Shown in pieces: positions 56,065 to 64,000 of a DNA stretch of 64,000 bases. Below the pieces are notes generated by a model. The model was given only the letters and a program-made list of their open reading frames with translations, searched no databases and was not told the DNA's origin. The stretch comes from an uncultured Lachnospiraceae bacterium (GTDB lineage: Bacteria > Bacillota > Clostridia > Lachnospirales > Lachnospiraceae), in the NCBI GenBank assembly GCA_902789555.1, contig CADAOF010000007.1, positions 12,014-76,013 on the forward strand, read 5' to 3'. The translations under genes were made by a program, and so were the position numbers. The number at the start of each line of letters is the position of its first letter. The first letter of the stretch is position 1.

Positions 56065-58305
56065 TTAATTCCTGAAGCGTTCCTCCCGTTCCTTCACGTC
56101 GCGCAGCTGCTCGGCGAGGGAAGAGTAGCGCTTCTGCTCCGTGTCGTTTCCGGCCATACGGAGGAAGGTCTCCCAAAGCCCGACGATGACGACGCAGCTT
56201 TTGGCTCTGGTCACCGCCGTGTAGATGAGGTTCCGCGTCTGCAGCGGCGCCGGGACGGAGAGGAGAGGCAGAATGACGGCCGGATATTCGCTGCCCTGCG
56301 ATTTGTGCACCGTCACGGCGTAGGCGAGTTCCAGTTCGTCAGCTTCGGAGAAGAGGTAAACGGCCTCCCGGTCGTCGTCGAAGAGGATCACCAGTTCCTC
56401 GGAAAAGAAACGGATATCCTTCACGATGCCGAGATCGCCGTTGAAGACGCCGGTGCCTTCCTTCAGGGAAAAGCCGGTACCGCCGTTCTTGCTCCATTCC
56501 TTCTGATAGTTGTTTTTGATCTGCATGACCTTGTCGCCGACGCGGAAGAGCGAGTGCGCGAACTGCCGTTCTTTCTTGTAATCAGCGGGCGGGTTCAGCG
56601 CGTCCTGCAGGATGCGGTTCAGGTTTTCAACGCCGAGTACGCCCTTCCTCATCGGGGTGATCACCTGGATCTCGAAAGGGTCGGCGTGCACGTAGGGCGG
56701 CAGCTTGTCGCGGATGAGGCGGATCACGGCCTGCTGGACTTCTGCAGCGTTATTCCGCCGGAGCACCATGAAATCACGGCTTGCCTTGTCGGGAATGATC
56801 TCTTCGCCGCGGTTGATGCGGTGGGCATTCAGCACGATGTCGCTCGATTCAGCCTGGCGGAAGATGCGGGTGAGTTCGACGGTCTCCACGACGCCTGACG
56901 CGATGATGTCGCGGAGCACGTTTCCCGGTCCCACGGAAGGCAGCTGGCTCGCGTCGCCGACCAGGATCAGCCGGGTCCCCGGGATGATCGCCTTCAGCAG
57001 CGCGTACATGAGCGGAAGGTCCACCATGGAGACTTCGTCGATGATGACGGCGTCTGCGTCGATGGGCTTCGATTCGTTCCGCTGGAAATGCGGTGTTTCG
57101 CTGTCATCTTCGGGCGAGCCCATGAATTCGAGCAGGCGATGGATGGTCCTCGCGTCGCGTCCGGTCGCTTCGGTGATGCGCTTTGCGGCGCGGCCTGTCG
57201 GGGCGGCCAGTTCGATGGAAAGGCCTTTCGCATCGAAATAGCGGATAAGCGCGGAAATGGTCGTGGTCTTGCCGGTGCCGGGGCCGCCGGTGATGACCGT
57301 GAGCCCACGCCGTACTGCGCGAAGCACGGCATCCTGCTGCATGTCCTCAAGGACGATGTCGCCCTCACCGAGGATGCGCCAGAGTTCTTCCTCAACCGTA
57401 TCGCCCTGAATGGGCAGCGGCTTATCGAGCGCCGCCAGCATGGAGGCAACGGCTGCTTCCATGTAGTAATATGCCGCCAGATAGACCGCGTGCACGCCGC
57501 CGGCCGTTCTCTGGACCAGGCGCTTGTCCACGGTGAGATCCATGACTGCCTTTTCGATTAGGTCTTCGTCCAGTTCCAGGAGCCTTGCAGCATAGGAGAT
57601 GAGTGTTTCCCGGGGCAGGTAGATGTGTCCTGCCTGCAGAGCCTGCTGCATTGCGTAGGCGACACCGCTCCGGACGCGGAATTCGGAGTCGGCCGGCAGG
57701 CCTGCGCGCACGGCGATCTCGTCGGCGATGCGGAAGCCCACGTGCGTGATGTCGTCCATCAGCTTGTAGGGGTTGGAGCGGATGACCGTATAGAGCGAAT
57801 CGCCGTAGCGTTCGAAGATCTTGACGGCGAGGGGGACGGAGATGCCGAACTGCTCAAGGAACATCATCGCCTCGCGCATTTCGCGCTTCGAAGCCACCTG
57901 TTCCTGAATGAGCCGCGCACCGTTCGCGGAGATCCCCTTGATCCCGGCAAGAAGTTCCGGTTCCTCCTCCATGACGCGCAGGGTATCGCCCTTAAACCGC
58001 TTCACGATGCGTTTCGCGAGTGTGGGACCGATGCCTTTGATGATGCCGGAGGCGAGGTATCGCTCGATCGCGGCGGCATCCGAAGGCATGAGGAGCGTGA
58101 AGCGCTCGACCTGCAGCTGCTCGCCGTAGACCGGATGAGTAACGAAAGAGCCCTCCGCCTCGATCGGTTCCCCGGCCTGTAATTCCGGAAGGATCCCGAC
58201 AAGAGTCAGAAGGCCCTTTTTTTCGTCAGAGACTTCCACGACGCTGTATCCGTTTTCCGCATTCCGGTGGATCACGTGTTCAACGGTACCTGTTACCAGC
58301 GACAT
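56065..58305 (-). CDS. recD2: RecD2-type SF1B ATP-dependent DNA helicase
   Basis: 746 aa with Walker A GGPGTGKTT, DEVSMVD, LVGDASQLPSVGPG and the C-terminal AVTVHKSQGSE. Confidence 0.9.
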   Translation of the reverse strand: MSLVTGTVEHVIHRNAENGYSVVEVSDEKKGLLTLVGILPELQAGEPIEAEGSFVTHPVYGEQLQVERFTLLMPSDAAAIERYLASGIIKGIGPTLAKRIVKRFKGDTLRVMEEEPELLAGIKGISANGARLIQEQVASKREMREAMMFLEQFGISVPLAVKIFERYGDSLYTVIRSNPYKLMDDITHVGFRIADEIAVRAGLPADSEFRVRSGVAYAMQQALQAGHIYLPRETLISYAARLLELDEDLIEKAVMDLTVDKRLVQRTAGGVHAVYLAAYYYMEAAVASMLAALDKPLPIQGDTVEEELWRILGEGDIVLEDMQQDAVLRAVRRGLTVITGGPGTGKTTTISALIRYFDAKGLSIELAAPTGRAAKRITEATGRDARTIHRLLEFMGSPEDDSETPHFQRNESKPIDADAVIIDEVSMVDLPLMYALLKAIIPGTRLILVGDASQLPSVGPGNVLRDIIASGVVETVELTRIFRQAESSDIVLNAHRINRGEEIIPDKASRDFMVLRRNNAAEVQQAVIRLIRDKLPPYVHADPFEIQVITPMRKGVLGVENLNRILQDALNPPADYKKERQFAHSLFRVGDKVMQIKNNYQKEWSKNGGTGFSLKEGTGVFNGDLGIVKDIRFFSEELVILFDDDREAVYLFSEADELELAYAVTVHKSQGSEYPAVILPLLSVPAPLQTRNLIYTAVTRAKSCVVIVGLWETFLRMAGNDTEQKRYSSLAEQLRDVKEREERFRN

Positions 58306-58331
58306 GGAGATTCCTTTCTTTTATGGCTTGC

Positions 58332-59327
58332 TTACAGATTGGCTCCGTTTTCCTGCATGAATTCAATGAATTTGCCGGTGCCGACGGCCACGGCCGTCAT
58401 GGGAGATTCCGCAAGCATGGTGTTGATGCCTGTCTTTTCTTCGATCAGTTCGTCGAGGCCGGAGAGGAGAGAACCGCCGCCGGTCATGACGATGCCCCGT
58501 TCGTAAATGTCGGAGGCGAGTTCGGGCGGCGTACGTTCAAGAACGCCGTGAATCGCCTCCACGATCTGCATGGCGGAGTCATGGAGTGCTTCGAGCATCT
58601 CGTCGCTCGTTACGGTCATGGTCTTGGGAAGGCCCGTCATGAGGTTGCGGCCCTTGACGTCCATGGTCGCCTGTTCCGGACGCGGATAGGCGCAGCCGAT
58701 GGTCATCTTGACTTCCTCCGCGGTGCGCTCGCCGATCAGGAGGTTGTGCTTCTTGCGCATGTAGCGGATGATCGCTTCGTCAAAATCGTCGCCGGCGACC
58801 TTGAGGGAAGTGCTGACGACCGTGCCGCCGAGGGAGATCACCGCGATGTCGGTGGTGCCGCCGCCGATGTCCACGATCATGTTGCCGGCGGGCTTGGAGA
58901 TGTCGATCCCCGCACCGATGGCAGCTGCCACAGGCTCTTCGATGATCGTTACCTCACGGGCCCCGGCCTTGTAGGTCGCGTCTTCCACGGCCCGTTTTTC
59001 GACTTCGGTCGCACCGGTCGGGATGCAGATGGAAATGCGCGGCTTCCGGAGCGTGCGGCGTTCCATTGCCTTGGTGATGAAATATTTGAGCATCTTCTCG
59101 GTCACGATGTAATCCGAAATGACTCCCTGCCGCATGGGCCGGACGGCGGTGATGTTGCCGGGCGTGCGCCCGATCATCTTGCGGGCTTCCTCACCGATGG
59201 CAACGATCTCCTGGGAATCGCGGTCGTAGGCGACGACTGTCGGTTCCTTTAAGACGATGCCTTTTCCTTTTATGTAAACCAGTATGCTGGCCGTACCCAG
59301 ATCGATGCCGATATCCATAGAGAGCAT
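58332..59327 (-). CDS. mreB: Rod-shape-determining actin homolog MreB/Mbl
   Basis: DIGIDLGTASILVY..DIGGGTTDIAV. Start at MLSMDIG, 9 nt after a GGAGGA RBS. Confidence 0.9.
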   Translation of the reverse strand: MLSMDIGIDLGTASILVYIKGKGIVLKEPTVVAYDRDSQEIVAIGEEARKMIGRTPGNITAVRPMRQGVISDYIVTEKMLKYFITKAMERRTLRKPRISICIPTGATEVEKRAVEDATYKAGAREVTIIEEPVAAAIGAGIDISKPAGNMIVDIGGGTTDIAVISLGGTVVSTSLKVAGDDFDEAIIRYMRKKHNLLIGERTAEEVKMTIGCAYPRPEQATMDVKGRNLMTGLPKTMTVTSDEMLEALHDSAMQIVEAIHGVLERTPPELASDIYERGIVMTGGGSLLSGLDELIEEKTGINTMLAESPMTAVAVGTGKFIEFMQENGANL

Positions 59328-59466
59328 GGTGCGCAGTCCTCCGGTCCCCAAACGTTTAAGAAAAAACGTTCCGCCGCCGCGGGCGGAACGTCATGATCTT
59401 TGAAAGCACTACTATTCTAAAGGCTGAGTGAGTAAAAGTAAAGAGTGAAAAAGGGAAAACCCCGCT

Positions 59467-61476
59467 TTATTTTATGAGCCTCTGCATGAGTGCCTGAGAG
59501 TTGGCGACGAAACGGGTCATCTCTTCGGGACTCAGGCTCTTGTGACCGAGGAGCGCCAGACCGTAGAGCTGCTCGGCGATGAGCGCGGCATTTTCGCTTT
59601 CCGGATGCGCCGTCAGATACTGCACGAGGGCGTTCCCGCTGTTGAGGACCAGGGTCTCGTCGGTCGGCAGTTCGTTCTCGGCAAGACCGTACATCTTCAT
59701 CATCTCGTTCATGCGGCGGGACTCTTCGGACAGCGTGATCATGGAGGCAACGGAGGCATCCTTGAAGCGCTGCACGCCGACCTTGAGCTTCTCGTTATTC
59801 AGGGCCTTGCGGAAGAACCCAGTCAGCTTCTCGGTCTGGGCTTTGGCTTCTTCTTCGGACATCTCCTCGGTGAAAGCCTTGTCCACGGCCGAGTCGATGC
59901 GGCAGAAATGATAGTCAGGGTACTGCATTTCCAGGTGCGTGACGAAAGGCTCGTCGATCGCGTGGTCGAAGAGGAAGGCGTTCAGACCTTCTTTCTTAAA
60001 CATCTGCACGTAGGTCGCCTGTTTGGACGGATCGGTCACGTAGTAGATGACGGTGCGCTTGTCCTTGTAATCGTCAGGGGACGGTTCTTCGTCCTTCTTT
60101 TCGGCATCCGCTTCTGGAACGGTTGCGTTTTCGGCTGCGGTTTCGGTCTTTTCGCTGCCGTCTTTCGCATCTTCTTCCTTCTTCGCGGCCTTGCCGTGTG
60201 CTTCGAGGTATTCGTCAAGCGACGTGTATTTGCCGTCAAGATCCTTGTAGATGATGGCTTTCTTCATCTTGTCGGAGAACTTACTGTCCTTCAGGCAGCC
60301 GTACTTGATGAACGGATGGATGTCGCCCCAGTATTTCTCGTAGTTTTCGCGCTCCACATTGAACATGCCGATGAGCTTGTCAGCGACCTTCTTCGTGATG
60401 TAATCGGAGATCTTCTTGACGAAGCCGTCGTTCTGCAGGGCGCTGCGGGAAACATTTAACGGCAGGTCCGGGCAGTCGATGGTGCCTTTAAGGAGCAGGA
60501 GATATTCGGGGATGACTTCCTTGATGTTGTCTGCGATGAAGACCTGGTTACTAAAGAGCTTGACCGTGCCTTCGGCTGGCTCGGTCTCGAGGTTCAGCTT
60601 CGGGAAATAGAGGATGCCCTTCAGGTTGAAGGGGTAGTCCATGTTCAGGTGGATCCAGAAGAGCGGGTCCTTATAGTCGCGGAAGACCTTGCGGTAGAAG
60701 GCCTTGTATTCGTCGTCGGTGCAGGTGGAGGGCGTCTTCAGCCAGAGCGGCTCGGTATCGTTGATGGGCTTCGGGGCTTCAGGCTCCTGCACGGTTTCCG
60801 TGCCGTCTTCATTCTTAACGGTTTTCGGTTCCTCCGGCTTCTTGTTCGGATCGGTCAGATAGATCGGGTAAGGCATGAAGGAACAATATTTTTCCAGCAC
60901 TTCGCGGGCTTTCCATTCATTCGCAAACTGAACAGAATCTTCGGAAAGATAAAGCGTGACGGCGGTGCCGCGCTTTGTCCGGTCACCGGCTTCCAGGGTG
61001 AAGTTCACGCCGCCTTCGGATTCCCAGTGGACGGGCTCTGCACCTTCCTGCCAGGAGAGCGTATCGATGGTCACCTTGTCGGCGACCATGAAGGCGGAAT
61101 AGAAGCCCAGGCCGAAGTGGCCGATGATCTGGTCTTCGGTAGCCTTGTCCTTATAGGTGTTCAGGAAGTCCGCGGCGCCGGAAAAGGCGATGTCGTTGAT
61201 GTATTTCTTCACTTCCTCAGCAGTCATGCCGAGGCCGTTGTCCTCGAAGCGGAGGATCTTGTTCGCTGCGTCGGCGGTCACGTCGATGCGCAGTTCTTCA
61301 TCGGGATCCAGCTGCGTTTCCCCCATCAGTTCCAGCTTTTTCAGCTTGGTGATGGCGTCGCAGCCGTTCGAGATCATCTCGCGGAAGAAAATGTCGTGGT
61401 CACTGTAGAGCCACTTTTTAATGATCGGAAACATGTTTTCCGAATTCATGGTCAGGTTGCCGTGTTCGGTATTCAT
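59467..61476 (-). CDS. htpG: Molecular chaperone HtpG (Hsp90)
   Basis: 669 aa. GHKL ATPase motifs FFREMISNGCDA, DNGLGMT and GHFGLGFYSAF, plus a charged linker. Confidence 0.95.
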   Translation of the reverse strand: MNTEHGNLTMNSENMFPIIKKWLYSDHDIFFREMISNGCDAITKLKKLELMGETQLDPDEELRIDVTADAANKILRFEDNGLGMTAEEVKKYINDIAFSGAADFLNTYKDKATEDQIIGHFGLGFYSAFMVADKVTIDTLSWQEGAEPVHWESEGGVNFTLEAGDRTKRGTAVTLYLSEDSVQFANEWKAREVLEKYCSFMPYPIYLTDPNKKPEEPKTVKNEDGTETVQEPEAPKPINDTEPLWLKTPSTCTDDEYKAFYRKVFRDYKDPLFWIHLNMDYPFNLKGILYFPKLNLETEPAEGTVKLFSNQVFIADNIKEVIPEYLLLLKGTIDCPDLPLNVSRSALQNDGFVKKISDYITKKVADKLIGMFNVERENYEKYWGDIHPFIKYGCLKDSKFSDKMKKAIIYKDLDGKYTSLDEYLEAHGKAAKKEEDAKDGSEKTETAAENATVPEADAEKKDEEPSPDDYKDKRTVIYYVTDPSKQATYVQMFKKEGLNAFLFDHAIDEPFVTHLEMQYPDYHFCRIDSAVDKAFTEEMSEEEAKAQTEKLTGFFRKALNNEKLKVGVQRFKDASVASMITLSEESRRMNEMMKMYGLAENELPTDETLVLNSGNALVQYLTAHPESENAALIAEQLYGLALLGHKSLSPEEMTRFVANSQALMQRLIK

Positions 61477-61509
61477 GAAGAGACCTTCTTTCTCTTAAAT
61501 TCTTTCCCG

Positions 61510-61538
61510 ATTATAGTGCGGCAGCGGCGAAATGTCAA
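61510..61538 (-). promoter_or_regulatory. Consensus sigma-A promoter of htpG
   Basis: The minus strand reads TTGACA (61538-61533), a 17-nt spacer, then TATAAT (61515-61510). Confidence 0.65.
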
Positions 61539-61544
61539 GAGAAA

Positions 61545-61571
61545 ATAGCACTCAACAGAAAAGAGTGCTAA
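61545..61571. promoter_or_regulatory. CIRCE element (HrcA operator)
   Basis: The minus strand reads TTAGCACTC-TTTTCTGTT-GAGTGCTAT, against the consensus TTAGCACTC-N9-GAGTGCTAA. Confidence 0.8.
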
Positions 61572-61705
61572 CAAAACAAGGGCGTGTCGGGACTTTTTCA
61601 TGGGTCAGAGGCCGAGGACACGCATTTTGCCCGCACGGTTCGCCGTTTTTGTGATATGATGACGGAAACGGCATGCCGAAGCATGCCGGAGGAAAGGAGT
61701 CACCC

Positions 61706-63163
61706 ATGCCCTGCACAACGATTTTAGTCGGGAAGAAAGCCAGCTTCGACGGATCGACCATGATCTCCCGCAACGATGACGGTCCCTTTGAGACGAAGCG
61801 GATCGAGGTCATGAAGCCCGAAAAGCAGCCGAAAACATACAAGAGCAAGATCTCACACGTGACCGTGGAACTGCCGGAGGAGCCGCTCCACTACACCTAC
61901 TGCCCGAGCGTCGATCAGAAGAACGGGATCTGGCCGGCCTGCGGCATTAACGCCGTGAACGTGGGGATGACCGCTACGGAAACGATCACGAGCAATCCGC
62001 GCGTGCTGGCGGCGGATCCCTACGTGCGCCTGAAGCCGAAGAAAGGCCGCGAGAAGGAGGTGCCGGGCGGGATCGGCGAAGAGGATCTGGTCCTTCTGGT
62101 GCTCCCTTACATCCGGAGTGCCCGTGAAGGCGTGCTGCGCGTCGGTGCGCTGCTGGAAAAGTACGGGACTTACGAGCCCAACGGCATGGCCTTCAACGAT
62201 GAAAACGAGGTGTGGTGGCTCGAAACGATCGGCGGGCATCACTGGATCGCAAGGCGCGTGCCGGATGACCGCGTGGTGATCATGCCGAACCAGTTCGGAC
62301 TGGACAACTTCGACTTTGACGATGCCTTCGGAAAACAGGAAGAGAATCTCTGCTCGGCGGATCTGAAGGAGTTCGTGGAGAAGAATCATCTGGCTCTGGA
62401 GCAGAAGGGACCGTTTGATCCGAGGCTCGCCTTCGGCTCGCATTCCGATGCCGACCATATCTACAATACGCCGCGCGCCTGGTTCATGGCCCGTTATTTC
62501 CTCCCGGGGACTTTCCGCTTCGACGGTGAAAACGCCGATTACACGCCGGAAAGCAACGACGTTCCCTGGTCCTTCGTTCCTGAACGCAAGGTCACGGTGG
62601 AAGACGTGCGCTATCTGCTGAGCTCCCATTATCAGGGAACGCCCTACGATCCGTACGACGGCCGTTCGCAGCTGCGGGGAAAGTACCGCTCCATCGCGGT
62701 GCCGAACAGCGACGTGAGCGGCATCCTGCAGATCCGCAGCGGCGTGCCGGATCCCCTGAAAGGCGTGGAATGGTTTTCAATGGGCGGCAGCGGCTTTACC
62801 GCCTGTTTTCCGTTCTACGCGGCCGTGGATGAGCTGCCGGCATATCTCAGTAAAACTGCGGAAACAGTTTCCACGGACAGGATGTACTGGCAGAGCCGTC
62901 TGATCGCGGCGCTGACGGACGCGCATTATGCGAGCGCGCTGATTCTCGATGAGCGCTACACCGATGCCGTCATGACAAAGGGAAGCGCTTTGCTGAAGGA
63001 ATATGACGCGAAATACATGGCGGAACCGGATGAGAAACTGCTGAAGGAGGCGAATCAGAAGATCGCCGACATGGTCAGGGAAGAGTCCGACAAAGTACTT
63101 TCGGCGCTCTTAAGGAACGCCGGAGAACATATGAAGATCCGCTACCACAGGGGCGATAACTGA
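61706..63163 (+). CDS. C69 family dipeptidase
   Basis: Start MPCTTILVGKKASFDGSTMISRNDD, with the N-terminal nucleophile Cys after Met. RBS GGAGGAAAGGAG. Confidence 0.85.
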   Translation: MPCTTILVGKKASFDGSTMISRNDDGPFETKRIEVMKPEKQPKTYKSKISHVTVELPEEPLHYTYCPSVDQKNGIWPACGINAVNVGMTATETITSNPRVLAADPYVRLKPKKGREKEVPGGIGEEDLVLLVLPYIRSAREGVLRVGALLEKYGTYEPNGMAFNDENEVWWLETIGGHHWIARRVPDDRVVIMPNQFGLDNFDFDDAFGKQEENLCSADLKEFVEKNHLALEQKGPFDPRLAFGSHSDADHIYNTPRAWFMARYFLPGTFRFDGENADYTPESNDVPWSFVPERKVTVEDVRYLLSSHYQGTPYDPYDGRSQLRGKYRSIAVPNSDVSGILQIRSGVPDPLKGVEWFSMGGSGFTACFPFYAAVDELPAYLSKTAETVSTDRMYWQSRLIAALTDAHYASALILDERYTDAVMTKGSALLKEYDAKYMAEPDEKLLKEANQKIADMVREESDKVLSALLRNAGEHMKIRYHRGDN

Positions 63164-63300
63164 AGTAATGCACGCCGCAGCTGCCGTGTGAAGCCGTACG
63201 GAGCGGAAATGACCGGGATGAAAGGCGAAAATCCTTCCTCCCGGTTGCTTTTTTTGTTGGAATCAGTTAAAATAATCCGGAGTTTTTCACCGGAGGCTTT

Positions 63301-64000
63301 ATGAACCACCCCTACGCTTACGAAGAAAAACGGTATGAGATCCACGTGCCCGGCCTGCCCGTCGGCACGCGTTTCCGGCTGGCTTTTCTCTCCGATCTGC
63401 ACAACTGCGCTTTTGAAGGGATCCCGGAGCGGCTTGAAAAGGTAAAGCCCGACGCGGTCCTGTGCGGCGGCGATATCGCGAACTGCCCCAAGTTCCCGCT
63501 GCTTCCCTCCTGGGACACAGCGCTGTCCTTTTATGCGGCTCTTGCTGCGAAATTTCCCGTTTATGCGGTGCCCGGCAATCACGAAGCCCGCTGGCGGGAA
63601 GCGGAAGATGCCGGACTGCGCGCGTCTTACGTGAAGTTCCATGAACAGCTCGTCGAACTCGGCGTGGTGACGCTTGAAAACGATATCGTGACGCTGGATG
63701 CGAACGGTATCTGTCTGAATCTCGCCGGCCTGGATCCGGACAGACGGGTCTACAAGGTGAGAACACGGGGCGAGCGGGCTTTTCCGGACGGCGAGATCGA
63801 GCGGCTCATCGGTCCGAAGCCGGAAGGCTTTACCGTTCTGCTCTCCCATACGCCGAATGCCGCGGCGGATTACGCGGCCTGGGGCGCGGACCTTGTCCTT
63901 TCGGGGCACATCCACGGCGGGATCGTGCGCCTGCCGAAACTGGGCGGCCTTGTCGGACCGGGCATTCAGGCCCTGCCGCCCTACACCAAGGGGAAGTATG
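63301..64000 (+). CDS. Calcineurin-like metallophosphoesterase (partial: the 3' end runs off the window). Absent from the supplied ORF track.
   Basis: Manual translation gives MNHPYAYEEKRYEIHVPGLP..FLSDLHN..CGGDI..VPGNHE..LLSHTP..SGHIHGG. The frame is open to the window end. Confidence 0.8.
   Translation, partial: MNHPYAYEEKRYEIHVPGLPVGTRFRLAFLSDLHNCAFEGIPERLEKVKPDAVLCGGDIANCPKFPLLPSWDTALSFYAALAAKFPVYAVPGNHEARWREAEDAGLRASYVKFHEQLVELGVVTLENDIVTLDANGICLNLAGLDPDRRVYKVRTRGERAFPDGEIERLIGPKPEGFTVLLSHTPNAAADYAAWGADLVLSGHIHGGIVRLPKLGGLVGPGIQALPPYTKGKY

Overview
This is a GC-rich Firmicute chromosomal region. It looks Clostridia/Oscillospiraceae-like, judging from T-box leaders, a CIRCE element, DUF4364, the rpmE-DUF1385-prmC-prfA order and a TAXI-TRAP transporter with DUF1850.

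The window is densely packed with about 55 credible CDS, 3 tRNAs and several recognisable cis-elements, and most of it is housekeeping:
- Cell division, wall and replication: ftsK, murE, murF, priA, def.
- Translation: infC-rpmI-rplT, pheST, thrS, argS, rpmE, prmC-prfA, secG, smpB.
- Other core genes: rho, mgtE, comFC, recD2, mreB, htpG.

Accessory-looking parts:
- a TetR plus two-component module
- a TAXI-TRAP transporter
- a LysR-pxpABC (5-oxoprolinase) operon
- a LysR-flanked FAH/SDR/2-hydroxyacid dehydrogenase/IlvD-Edd dehydratase cluster that resembles a non-phosphorylative sugar-acid route
- a small oxidative-stress and miscellaneous block (YegP, E2-like acyltransferase, reverse rubrerythrin, HAD)

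Two edge-truncated genes are missing from the supplied ORF track and were found by manual translation:
- a serpin lipoprotein at 1-1143 on the minus strand
- a metallophosphoesterase at 63301-64000 on the plus strand

I found no CRISPR array, integrase, transposase, prophage, toxin-antitoxin pair or recognisable defence island. I cannot point to a convincing new multi-gene system.

The most unusual observations are:
- a truncated, motif-degenerate BirA paralog beside bioY and a perfect operator
- a tRNA-Pro whose anticodon reads AGG
- a GTCATCCTGAGCG...CGAAGGATC repeat family, including a 33-bp tandem array next to an orphan prepilin peptidase
- a CIRCE element upstream of htpG
- a Rho with a roughly 220-aa insertion
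- an SDR and an E2-like acyltransferase that appear to lack canonical catalytic residues

The many very long antisense ORFs (up to 1198 aa) are shadow ORFs typical of GC3-rich coding sequence.
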